A stretch of 64,000 bases of DNA from Gnetum montanum (lineage: Eukaryota > Plantae > Gnetophyta). The translations under genes and the position numbers were made by a program. Below, piece after piece: positions 40,001 through 52,600 of the stretch. The notes under the pieces are model-generated. The model was not told the DNA's origin. It made no database searches and saw nothing but the letters and a program-made list of their open reading frames with translations. The first letter of the stretch is position 1. The number at the start of each line of letters is the position of its first letter. The stretch is taken from the NCBI GenBank assembly GCA_015680685.1, contig MNCI01000737.1:601198-665197 (forward strand), in the 5' to 3' direction.

Positions 40001-43000
40001 GAGAATCAATCGATAAAAATAATTGCAATATGAATACATTCAATGATCAAGAGAAGCTACTAGCATATAACAATACATATTAAAAATACAAGCATGCTCC
40101 TTTAAACAACTTTCAGATAACCAAATGCATCTAGTGAACTAATTGGCACTTAACCATGAGCTATAAAGTGTAGAACCAAAGCTATAACGACTAATTATAT
40201 ATGCCATACAGAATTGGATTATGACAAATGTCTGCAGTAAAAAAACATTTAGCATTCAAACTTCTATAAATGCTTATGAAAGCTGAACTAACCAAGACTA
40301 CAACAGAAGCACAGATGGTCAAAAGAAAATTAACCACACATCAGATGCCATTGTGATGAAAAATAATAGAAAAAAAAATTAACTTCCAAGCCCTTGTAAA
40401 ACTGAGACAAATGATTGAGCAATGCAGTTCCATTAATCCTAATTACAATATATACATGTGGTTGCTTGCATGTCAAGATCAACTTATGTTCTCCATGGTT
40501 ATCTTCACATCAATTCCACATCCACATTTTTATCACCTCTTGTGAAATCTGTTTAATTAGCACTATGTTGATAGTGTTGTTATCTTAACTATACTACCGA
40601 TGGCCATATCCTAGTTAAAATTGACATTGCTAATTCCTAACAATTCCTAGTTCAATATAGTCATGCTCTGACCATGATCATCATCATTATCCTATCATGG
40701 TAGCATTGTTCCAATAATATGGGTCAGCTACACAAGTTCTATTTCACCGTTCACCTGTATTAAGAGCTAAACATTTATCTGTCTGTAAATTTTTGTTACC
40801 ATTTTATTTTATTTTTTCCATATTTGTTTTGGTCTTTCTCTAGAATTGTGAGGTAGCAACTCTTCTTCTCATTGAGTGTCAATATTCTAGGTTTCCATCT
40901 AAAATTTTGCCACTAGACTTGCTTCTTTGCCTACATCTGGGAATCCTTACCTACTTTTCACAACATTGAGGTGCCAATGTTGTGCATCATTTTTGAAGGA
41001 TTCTTTCACAAACCCTTGTTCATTTTTCATAGCAACAAAAACCCTTGCTCATTGCATTTGGAGAATATTCTAAATTTTGCGAAATCTAAAAGAGAACTCA
41101 TCCATGAGATTTGTCATGGTTTTACATCCACTTAATGGTAACCCTCCTTATTTCAAATCCCAATTTGCTACCAGCAATGTCCGAGCTCACAATATTACCA
41201 TCATCATCATCATCCTAGCCTTGACCCAAGAAAATGGGGTGGGCTATATCAGTTCTCTTTCGCCATTGCCTCTATGAAGAGCTAGATCCTTATCTATTTG
41301 CCAACTCTTCATATCATCTTCTCATGTCTTTTTAGGTTTTATTTTCAATGGCTTTTCTGAAACAATAATGGGACAATCTTTTTGATAGGTTCATTTATGT
41401 ACTCTTCTTAACACAAGACTAAACCATCTAAGATGTCATTCCTATAGATTATCTAAAACAGAAATCACTCCAAGCCTTATTGTAATGTTGGTATTATGCA
41501 ATTTATCTTTTCTTGTAACATTCAATATCTATCTAAGTATTTGTATTTTTGTCATACTGATTTATTGCACATGCCTCTCTTATAAAACCTCACATTCAAC
41601 AACATATAGAATGGCAAGCCTAATTACTGTCCTATAAAATTTTTCTTTTAGATGTATTGAAATTCTTTTATATCATAAAATACCATTAGCCTTGTCTCCA
41701 TTTTGACTATCCTTAACTTAATTTCTTATATCTTTATAAATTTCACCATATGATTGGAGCATTGATATAAGGTAGCAGAATTGTTTGCAATGTGCAACTT
41801 TTTGGTCTTGAATTATTACTTTTATTTTACCACTGTTTATGCTTTTATTAAAATTACATTCCATGTATTCTATCTTAATTCTATGAACTTTTAAGTCTTT
41901 GGATTCTATAGCATGTCTCCACTTTTCAATTTTAGAAACAATAGTTATTCAATATGTATCCACCAATACAATATTATCTGCAAATAGCATCCACCAAGGT
42001 ATTTCATCATGAATTTTCTTAGTTAATTTATATATAGCAATAGCAAACAAGTAAGGGCTAAGTACAAACCCTTTATGTAGATCTATTGTGATTGGAAAAT
42101 CATATGTGATTCTACAAGTTTGTTCAAATTCTAGTAGTAGCTCTTTCATATATGGCGTGCATTACTTTAATATATTTATCAAGGATGCTCTTCCTCTATG
42201 AGGCCCACCAAATAATATCACTAGGTACTCTATCATATGTTTTTTCCAAATTAATAAAGATTGTATGTATATTTTCTCTAAGTTTTCTAATTTTTTTCAT
42301 TAATTGTTAAATAAAAAAGACAACCTCTATGGTAGATCTCCTAGACACAAATCCAAGTCTGGTTTCCAATACCATTAATTCAAGTCTAAGTTGCTCTATG
42401 ACTCTCTTTCAAAGCTTTATAATATGATTCATAAGCTTGATCCCTTTATAGTATTTACAATTTCGCACATCTCATTTTTTCTTGTAGATAGGAACAACGG
42501 TGTTTTTTCTCTAATTTTAAGCATTTCTCCACCTTTCAAAATTTTTTTAAATAATTATATCAACCATGAAACTCCTATATCCGCCAATGTTTTCAAAGCT
42601 CCTATAGGAATGTTATCTAGTCCAGTAGCTTTTCCATTTTCCATCTTACATAAAGTTATTTTCACCTTTAAAAGGAAAATTCATTATTTTATTAGCAGAA
42701 GCAAATATGCTACCTATAGAAATTGCAGCTCTTCAAAAATTTCTACAATTTTATAAAAAAATACTTGCTAGGCCTAGCATCCACCAATCCACAGAAGCTT
42801 TTAAGGTCACTCAAGAAAAAGGATGGTTAAATGATGGGAAAAAATAGCTTCAAAAACAGAATATTGAAGATCAAGATTTAAATTTGAGGTTTAAGGTTTT
42901 GAAAACAAGGATAAGACAAGGTATTGAAGCACATGTGGGAATAATCATGTGGCAACAAGCAATTTTATTTACAGCAGATTCCAGGAGGATCCTTATCGAA

Positions 43001-44360
43001 AATACCTACTTGTTTATCTGCTGCTATTTCCAGATACAGTAAGGTGGCAATCACACATATTCATGCGGGATCTCACTATCTATTTGATTAAAATAGGGAG
43101 ATAGATTACTCTTCAAAGATAATAATGCATCTACAGATTTTGTATACGTGCAGTAGTAGGGAATAAAGAGCATATCATTTTGAATTGTCCTTTCTTTAAC
43201 ACTCTTAGACTTAAATATAGTATTCAGGCTACAACTTTGCCCCGTTTGTTTGAGTTGGAAGTGTCAATGTTGGGTCATTTTCTTGATGAGGTATTTAAGA
43301 CCCATCATGACTTTATCAAAGCCTTCTAATAAAATTTTTTTGTCCTATAGACCCTTTGTGGTCTCACAAGGACATAATTAAGCATTTCCATTTCCATTAA
43401 CCATATTAGAATCTAATTTGTCTTCTTGGATGTCCTCACTTGGAAATTCTTTAGTTAATAATAGAAAAAAACATTTTTCCATCTATCCATAATTTCATTG
43501 TCTTTATCAAAATTAATTTATTTGCCTTCTTACTGCATTTGACATGGTAAATGTCTTTACGTTTCTTATTTGTGACTTTTGTCAGTTTATATATAGATTT
43601 TTCTCCTTTTTATATTCCTAACTTCTCATTAAAATCATCCAAGGCTTTATGTTTGACTTTGACTACTACTAATTTTGCCTGATTCTTTGCCAATTTTGTA
43701 CATTACCTTATCTTATTGATTTTCTCTTTGTTATCATTCTTTAAAGAATTTTTCTTTTGAATAATATGCTGTACTTCATCACTCCACCACCATATCTCCT
43801 TTGGGATGTACTTTTTCATTTTATTTCACCTAAAATGTCTTTAAGGAGGTATACCTTTAACCTAAATACATTTTTCAATTTTCTCAGTGCACCTTTCCAT
43901 TTAGCCCCAAATTGGATTTGCAGAACAACCCAATCCCAATTACCATAGTGTATTTCTAAAATCGTTCGTCTTTGATTGCAAAAACGGCAGTGTTATCAGC
44001 TGTAGCCATTTAAAGTCAACTCCATGGCTTTTTCCTGTTTCAAATTTTCATTTAAATAACATAAATTATGTTTTAAACGCAAAATGCAGCCCTGCATGCA
44101 GGAAAGTTCCACGAAGTACTCACAAACGAAACAGCCATGTACTTTTCTGTGATATCCTCTGGACCAAGAATACATAAATAAATGCAAGTTATACCATCCA
44201 TAATTTTATTCGAAAATGAAAAGAGCGGAGGAAGGAAGTAATACAAACCGAGAAGAAGGCGACGTTTTGCGTGAGGTCGAAGGCGCCATCGCATTTTTGA
44301 AAGGGTGTTCTTAACTACTTTAACGCACTTCTCTGCTTCAGCTCTCTCCACATTTTCCAT
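31018..44360 (-). CDS. DUF4504 / UPF0739 (C1orf74-like) conserved protein of unknown function, 8 exons, 305 aa
   Basis: Minus-strand GT-AG exons with consistent phases: 44360-44249, 39971-39862, 37834-37685, 37602-37507, 37422-37292 (in-frame alternative acceptor at 37428), 35664-35554, 35406-35359, 31177-31018 = 918 nt with no internal stop. Motifs recognised from plant homologues: MRWRLRPHAKRRLLLD, VDYGGKMPELQ, KVMVIEDMVYLVH, SIQKLF, LNGWLLGYPVVYLF, EELMSFSVP..LS, EPWA..F, C-terminal SIIL. Confidence 0.9.
31824..33214 (-). mobile_element. 5'-truncated gag-only Ty1/Copia element (copy A) in intron 7 of the DUF4504-like gene
   Basis: 3' LTR 32293-31824 (TGTTAGAGA...TGTAACA on minus) preceded by PPT AAGTGGGAG; gag ORF 32735-33121 (LWCKLESLYQSK, LLKFWDSLVITL) and a zinc-knuckle remnant. 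Confidence 0.85.
33215..35105 (+). mobile_element. Gag-only mini Ty1/Copia element (copy B) followed by a second PBS/leader
   Basis: LTR end TGTAACA at 33328; PBS TGGTATCAAAGC at 33331 (tRNA-iMet type); gag DKFDGQNYELWKIKVED and CWHCRKVGHVHRDC; PPT AGTGGGAAAT at 34531; 3' LTR 34541-35015; then TAGTATCAGAGC plus ~85 bp of leader again. Confidence 0.87.
37141..37284. repeat. Perfect tandem repeat, 48 bp x3, next to the intron 5 donor of the DUF4504-like gene
   Basis: Unit ATAAATCATTTTACAAATAAGCCAAAGAATATAAATAAAACAGGATGT at 37141, 37189 and 37237. Confidence 0.97.
40675..40860 (-). mobile_element. RTE LINE 3' end fragment (intron 1)
   Basis: (CAT)n tail and GTTCCAATAATATGGGTCAGCTACACAAGTTCT similar to the other RTE ends. 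Confidence 0.6.
41202..43960 (-). mobile_element. Degenerate RTE-clade LINE in intron 1, interrupted at ~42690-43395
   Basis: RT motifs LHKGFVLSPYLF and EIPWWMLFADNIVLV (41949-42149); (CAT)n 3' tail at 41202. Collinear with the LINE at 57468-60700, with 43395 resuming where 42690 stops. Confidence 0.85.
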
Positions 44361-45197
44361 GTATAGACTGTTGGAGCCAGCGAAATAGGTTGAACGAATC
44401 TATTATTTCACAGCTGCAATTCGTGTGTAAGTTTAACGCTTCCAACCTCTGCCGTGAATTTAGAAAGCTGAAACCAAGCGATTTTACAGGAGGCCCTCTC
44501 TTGAAATAAAACGCAGTCTGGAAACCAAACAAATTCTTTTCCAACCAGTTTCGGCGTTTTTGCGAACAAATAAAATAAAATGTACAGAATCAGAAATTAT
44601 TTTGCGAGGTATTATCATGCTTTAAGTTTTTTTGTTTGAGTTTGAATTGTGATATGGTGCTTTACGTTTTTTTGCCTGTGGTGTTAGTACGGAGTTTTGC
44701 CTGTGGGTGTAATGGATATTAGCATAATTAATTGTCTCAACACTCACAATTTTATGCTTTACTTTAAATTATATTATAAATTTTTAATGTGTTTTACAAC
44801 ATGGTATATTTTATTGTGGTTTAGGCTTTGTTAGGTTTTGTTAAAGTTACAACCTGAAGTTAAATAAAAGATAGTTTTAATAATATTTACCTCTAAGATA
44901 TATAATCTGATTAGAACTTCATTATTGCCTTTCAAAATGGAACTCAATTATGGAGGTAAGAGGCTCCATCAACTTCTTGGAGTCAACAATTTAAGATAAT
45001 TAAAGTTTTGGTTTTCACAAACTCCTTAGTTTGTTTCTAGTCATCTCAAATTACTTGACTATATGTATCCCTAAAATATAGAGTAACATGATACTTTAAT
45101 GGAACTTATATAGAATTTTTCAATTTTAAGTATGTCTACTAACTTTATCATTAATATTTTGAAAAATCAACAAAACTAATTTTTAGTAATGATGGGG

Positions 45198-45760
45198 TGT
45201 TGGACCCCAAAAATAATATTAATAATTAGTAAAAAAATTTAGAATACAACACATGTTTAACATTGAGTAGCAAATATGAAAAACAACATAGAAAGTCAAA
45301 AAATTTCTGATTTTAGGGATGTCTACTCAAATGTACAAACTTAGAAATGATGCTTTGAAGAATCAAGAGAGGAAAATTAGTTTTTAGTAGGGAGAATGAT
45401 CCATGTCCTAACAACATTTACATCACTTTCGATGTTTGTCATTGAACTTAAAATAGCAAAAGGATTTGAGGTAGCTATAGAAAACTTTGGCAAATTGATG
45501 AAGATGCAATAGAAAATGATGGCACAAATTGTCCATCACAATTGATCTTACATCGTGATTCTTTGTCATTAGCGTTAGCCCACTTTATAACATAACTTTA
45601 AGCTTTGAGTTAACAATATTTTTTTCACATGAGGAAAAATTTTCCTGATGAGGTGTTTGTTTAAATTGATTAATACTTCCTCTCTGAAAAATATTCATAA
45701 AATCTTCTATCTTTTCTAATTTCTTTATTGTCATTTGATCATTCTTTCATTGATAGTAAC
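45198..45760. repeat. Dispersed repeat, homologous to 13509-14180
   Basis: Shared collinear blocks with 13509-14180; starts TGTTGG. Confidence 0.6.
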
Positions 45761-45862
45761 CTGAATGATGGTTCTAACCATAACAACTTTTAAATTACTT
45801 TCAATATTTGTGCTTAAACTAATTTTTAGTAGAGCACATGGTTTGTCCCTTAAGTTAATAAT

Positions 45863-45970
45863 GAAGTGCTAGCCTAGTAGTAAGACTCTTAATTTGGTAA
45901 CTCCAAATTATGGGTTTGATTCTAGTGGACAATAAGTTATAAAGTTTTAATTTGACTATTATATTAGGGG
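45863..45970 (+). mobile_element. Degenerate tRNA-derived SINE-like repeat
   Basis: GTGCTAGCCTAGTAGTAAGACTCTT...ATGGGTTTGATTCTA...TAAGTTATAAAGTTTTAATT, homologous to the reverse complement of 29563-29680. Confidence 0.5.
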
Positions 45971-48900
45971 CAAATATTGTTAAAGAAAACGTTTTGAATT
46001 TCAATATCTATTCTCAATATATATTTCTTCAAATTATTGACCTTATCAAAAAATTTTACATTAGTGATTTAGATTCTCTTTGAATATTATTGAATTAGGG
46101 TTTTGCGTACTCCCTATTTTTCTTAGGCTTTTCTATTTGTTGAAGTTACAAATTCTAAAATAGGTAAGAAAGCTTTGGATATCAAAATTTTTACTAATAA
46201 TCATAATACCTTTATTATTTGGAAATGGGAACTAAATTTTAATCTCAATTCCTCTGAGTATTTTAAAATTTCGGGTAGACTAAATTATGAAATTATTTAT
46301 TTATTTTTAAAAATATTGAAAATAAAATTATTGGTAATGTTGGTACAATCCTTATACTAGAGTTAAAAATATTATTCCATAGTGTGTAACACACATAGTA
46401 TTTTCTAGAGATTAATTTAAAATAGGGAAAGATAAAATTAAAACTCAAAGTAGGTCAATGTTATTACCTGAAAAAATTACATACTATAATTTCAAAAGAT
46501 GATGAAGTTATTATAGTTATGAAGACCATGTTATTAGGACTTGTCCTCTTTTCAATAAAAATGTTGGTTACAAAAAAAATAACTTTGAACCATTCATAGT
46601 TTGCAAAAATGCAATCTTCTTCAATGACCTCCTAACCTTTTATCAATTCATTTAAATTTGAGGGTGCCAGTAAACTTTTGTATCTAAATAAATTCATTTT
46701 TGCTAAAAAAACATTTGTTGGAACTAATAATATAAGTATTGATGCATAAGGCTAAAAATGGTTCAAATGTTTTTTTAAATTTAATAATACTTTGTTTGTT
46801 ATTGAAGACATGGATTGCAAAATAAATAGGGATTGTTATTAGGAGTAATGATAAGGTGCTTGTTTCTCAAGTCGAAAACCTAGCTTTGAGCTTAGACACT
46901 ACCACTTAAAGAGGTTGGGCTTTTGTTAATCTACCAACCCTCTTGGGATTTGGCTAAGTGGAACAAGCACTATGGCTTAGATTATGATCCTTTAGCTTAT
47001 GATCCTTTAGCTGGCCCTATTTTGTTGGGAGAAGGCTAGAATGATGATATTGATTACAAGATAAATGATAAACTTCAAAAAAAGGATGAGGGTCTTTTTT
47101 TCCACATCATGAAATGCTTAGGGTCTTTTTTGATAGGTTTGGAGCAAAAATTATGGAAAGTATCTTTCAAAAGGGATATTTATGTCCAATTTTTTCCAGG
47201 AGTTAAGATATCAATATATGATATTGGTTTTGTGGACAAATTTATTTTTAAAAACTTCATTATTTTTTCAGCTCATCATGAAGTTAATAAAGAATGGTTA
47301 ATATTTTATTTAATAAAAAACAAGCCAGAAAAGTTTAAAATTCTAATTCAAACATTAGTTAATCAAAGTAAAAAAGATTACTCAAAGGTTTGAGAATATC
47401 TTATTTCTCTGCAAAAGCTTCATTATTATAAGCAATTTCCTTATGATTGAAACTCATTTAGATAAGTTTGGTGACAGTACATCTTACTCCTATTATGTCT
47501 TCCAAAGAATAAAAAGATTGGCGTAATTTTAAAGAAAAATAGTCTAATTGAAATTAGCTCTCCCCCCTCTAATCATTTAAATGCATGTCTGCAAACCCTG
47601 CACAGGAAAATTATAAGCCATTCTTCGAACCCAGAAATGCTGAACGTGAATTTCTGGCCAGACAGGCGGCTGATATAAGGCCAACAAGAGAAGCAGAACC
47701 ATTGAATTTCGAGGAGGGTTGCTTTGATTATAACCGTGGCATGCAACCCCGTTTCAAATCCAAATCCGCGACTGGTTTGCAGTGTTTTATTTAGCCTTTG
47801 TAGTGAGTTCAATGCCCTATTAAAATTTCTCCCGAGTTAATTTTTCTTTCCAGTACAGAGCTTGTAGCGACAAAAAAGGATTCCAATTGGTTTGACTGCT
47901 ACTAGTTTGAGCGGAATTGTTGATTGAGGCTTGAAACAGCCGGACTCTTTTTGTGAATTTTTGCATGCATGCAGAGTATATTTTGCAGGTAGAAGAGAGA
48001 AATAAATAGGATTCCCAGATGATGAGTTCTTGCAGCAGGTCCAGATTTCAGCATACAATGGTGGAGCATTGACACATACGGTGACAATTGCTGGTTGAAA
48101 GCTGTAGCTGATAAGTAGCAACGTTGAGTAACAAGAGCGAGATGTTGTTGGAAATGCAAAGCTGCAAAACTGAAGCTGCCAATTTTTATGGATTATTACA
48201 TTTAGCCATAGCTATATGAGGGGAAAAAATATTGGCATGATATTAGTAAGGAGTCTTATCTGATGAGGCATTTTTAATTTGAAGGAGGGCACATATCTGT
48301 TGAATCTTTAACGAGAACTGTTTTTGTGAAGCATAAAATCTAACGAGAAATGTGTCATTTGTTGTGTATTTTAAGTATTTATTTCAGCCATTTTCCTGGT
48401 CCAAGTCCTTACATGAGTACAATCGCCCTTTTCCTTTCGACCAATGTCTTAATAAGACATTTTTATTTTTCAAAGTTGTCGATGGTGTAGTCCACGAAGG
48501 CATGAAGAATTTGACCTAAGTGGTCTCAAAAATTTGTAGCCAAAAAGTGGGAAAAATGGCCTAGAAAAAAGCTTAATGATGTAGCTGAAGAGTCGATGAA
48601 AAGGTTCAAAAAAAGCCAAGATGAAGAAGCAATAGATGGCTCCAAGAAGGTATAGGTGATGGCCCAAAAATAGAAAAGGCCTAAGAGACTTTATGTATTT
48701 AAAAATTTCACAAAAATTTAACAAAAATTAAAGGGTAGGTTACGAAGAAGTAAAATTTCAACATGGTTTTTGCAACAATGTTGAACTCCTAAACTTATCC
48801 ACTTTATTTTACTCCTTTAACAACGTTGTGAGAGTTAGCGCATCATATTACTCTTATTTATTTTAACATATGCTAATCATAATCTGTTGCTTACCTCTTC

Positions 48901-49656
48901 TATTTTTCTGATCATTGCCTCATTCTCTTTTTAGGATTTCTCTAGATCATCCAATAATTTAATATTTGTGCTTGTTTTCTTAACTATGATCTTACCCATG
49001 CCAACTCTGTATTAGATGGTAGATGAAATCCTTCTTTTTACTTATGGCACATCATCAATATCTATTATCTCTAATAATATTCAGTGAATGTGACTTCATT
49101 TGATTTTCTCAATTTTACTTTTATTCTTATTTTCACACAACAACCAAATCAATATGCAATCCAATTATCCACATTTTAAATTTTTTTTAGTGTATCTTTA
49201 CTCATAAGTATCACACGTTATCTCCTTTAGACTTCACCAATCATTTAATAAATATATCTATATTTTCAATAGTAATCCATTAGAGCCTTTATATTTTTGC
49301 ATTGATGTACAACATAATTATTAAGAGCCCTTAAAAGCCCTTTATAATAACATAGTAAATTTTTATTTATTTATCTTGCTTTACTTGTAACTATAACTTA
49401 CCATAGGATGTTGAGTACTTTGTGTTTATAGTATCCTTTATCCATGTCTTTGTTTCATTATCTATTATCAAAGTAGTAGTAGGGGTCCACCAAGTAGACT
49501 CCTAGAGGATGATGCTAGGGGCATACCTCATCCTTCACCATTGTCCATCTCCATCTTTTTATCATTTACCTTTTTGCAACTTCCCTTATTTTATCTAGAT
49601 CCAAGTTAATGGATTAGTATAATTATGTAATACTACCTCAAGTAGTTTTAACATTT

Positions 49657-52600
49657 TGATGGGACGCGGTATCGCATGGGCCGCGATATCGCGGTCGTCA
49701 CGATATCGCGTCTTCCCTTGCGATATTGCGTACGCAATATCGCAGTGCACCGTCATATCTATAAATAAGAGGCGGCTCTCCCTTGTTTCCTCATCCTAGG
49801 CTAGACAATAGGGAAACTCTGGCAGATTGATCACTCCAGAGATAGAATATTTTCCATGTGCCCGCAGTAGGAATCCTAAAGTGAACGGATCTTTATTCGA
49901 GCAGACATTGTACCTGAACACAAGTTTGTGTACGGAAATAAAGACGAGCTTCTTGGATAAACCTTGCAGTACATGGAATGGGCTAATTAGGATTTTATTA
50001 CTGTTATTTACATGCTTTATTAGTTATTTTCTGCTTTCTCTCTCAACCCTTCTCTCCTAGTTAAGTGCCTCAGTACGACCACTTCGAGCACATGCGTTAC
50101 ACTTGGTGATCCCAGCAACGATTAGCATTTGGTAGCCAAGGTTGCATCGATTCAGGGTGTGTACAGTAAGTGGGAACGGATGTTGATGCTAGGTTAATTT
50201 AGACTTAGTTCATTAGTTAGAGTTAGTAATTAGTCTTCTCAACCCTTCACCTTGTTAGCATAGGAGACATAAAACATAAAAAGCATAAAAATCATATACC
50301 TCAGACTTACTTAACCATACACCGTGACAACTACAAGTNAACCTTCGGGTTAATTAAAATAAGAAAAATTTTTATAACGGTAAAATTAGCACACCGATAA
50401 CAATGTCTTCTTCTAACAAGAGCAACTCACCACCTAGGGATAATACAAGAAACAGTCAACAATAAAAAACACATAACCGAAATCAGTCAAGTCCTCAACA
50501 ATACCGAATAGTCTATACTCACCCCGATGAGTATATTCCAGACTTTACCTTTATCCTCCATCAAGACGAAAAGCTGCGATGGAGAGATTTGCAAGGTAAC
50601 ATCATGTTACCCCCAGATTGATTAGTCCCTAACATGCTCCTCCGTGCTTTGGCACAGATTAGCATGACTGAATTATATGCTGAATACGTTGCGGAAGACT
50701 TTGACATGAGGGATTATCATCCCATAGAAGCACAACGTATCAGGGACTCACGATAGGAGAGCCAACATACCCTGTTGAAGGGCAAAGGTCCGCACGTCCT
50801 TAGTGAAATAGGAGATGATGAACCCATTATAACAGGTTCTCTATCAAACGATGTTCCCCCTCCTAATGATGGTGAGGAGGTTGGGTATCAAAACTTACGA
50901 TCAACGATACATAACATTGGTTCTAATCCCCGTGAATGCCAACTATTCACAGAGGGAACAACAACTCATGATAAGGATGGGCACTTAGATCGTTACCATG
51001 ATCAGGGCCGTAGCAGCCGAAGAGAAGGCAAGAAACATCGTCATGGCAATGGTTCTCCTTCCTCTTCCCCTTCATCTCATCACTCACCCTCTCCTTCCAC
51101 ATCTGGGTGTAGCCACCATGAACATAACGATGAGGATAGAGGTAGGCGAAATGAGAGACCTCGACAAGAGAGTCGAGAGAGAGGACAAGGGCATGACCGA
51201 AGGGAAAGTAGGGAACAACAAAGACATCACAGGTGTCATGAAAGAGATGATCATGATGAGCCCCTACTTGCAACTCGAAGTATGCTCGATATCACGGAGG
51301 CTATAAGAATTCCCACAAGGCATCAAAAGGACAGTCAAATCAAACGCCTAGACATGAACAATATCCCATGCTTTGAAGGGGGATACAACTCAGATCCGCA
51401 ACATCATTTACAGGCATTCCACGATGCCTATGCCATATAGAACATAGAAAATGAGTTGCAAAAACTTAAGTTGTTTCCCAGGACACTCATCAAAGAAGCA
51501 GAGAGTTGGTACCGATCCTTAGAACCGGAAACCATCAAGAGGTGGAGTATGATGTTAGAACTCTTCAACGATAAGTATCAAACGTACTCCAGAGTGTCTA
51601 ATTTGCATAAGCAGCTCCAAGGATGGAAGTAAGGTACTCATGAACACTTGGATGCTGCCATGGGCCGCTACTACGCAATGTTACATCGTTGCTTGGGCCA
51701 TGGATACGCTCAACGGGATCAACTTCCCCACATCGTAGATGGGCTTAGACATGAAACTAGGAGAACCCTTGGGACTTATGCCCAAGGGAGACTATCAGAA
51801 CTTAGAGCCCATGAAGTACATCGCTTGTTAGAGCAAGTAGCAAAAGAAGAGGGTGAATTACAAAAAAGGGAAAGTGCAGAAGAATACAACCACGATCCCT
51901 CCCTCTGAAAGAAGGGAGTAAGATTTTGTGATGAGGAGGATGAGTCACCACTTGAAGAGTTGGTGAACCGAAAGACCTTGCCGATTCAAAAACTAACAAT
52001 CGAAGTATCGGCTAAGGTAGATCAATTGTGGGATTCCTTAGACTCCAGAGTTGAGACTGTCTTAAAAATCGTAGAGGAGTCTAAGGAGGAACAAAGTAGT
52101 GACAAAGGTAAGATAAAGCGGAGAGATTCAGGCCCTGCACATAACAAGGGTAAGGGGAAAATTACTATCTCCGATGAAGTTGTGGATTCAGACAGAGACG
52201 ATGACGGTGGATGTGAGATCTACCAATATGACCATCCTAAGGGATGTTGTCCAATCATCTCACATCTACAAGAGTCTGGGGTGTATGTGCTTAATCTGAG
52301 ACTCAACCAACGGCAAACACCCCGAAGGTTACCTTATCCTCAAGGTAACCCAAGGCAGTTCCACCAACCATTATCGTACTATCCAAGTGGAACTCCACCA
52401 CAACCCATCGGACAACATCAGCAATGGCAACACCCATAGTCATGGGGGATGCCACCACCAACACAACAGTACCCTTACCGGCAACCAGACCCATATGAAT
52501 ATTATGTGCAGCAACTGATTTCTCCAAGTGACTCTATGGGTCACACAATTGTCCAACGTCACTACCAAGTTCGGGAGTACTTTAGGAGGACTCCTTCTCC

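Noticed and set aside
48171-48248. miR167-like sequence TGAAGCTGCCA with a weak fold-back
   Set aside because: Only the first 11 nt match and the stem is short and AT-driven.
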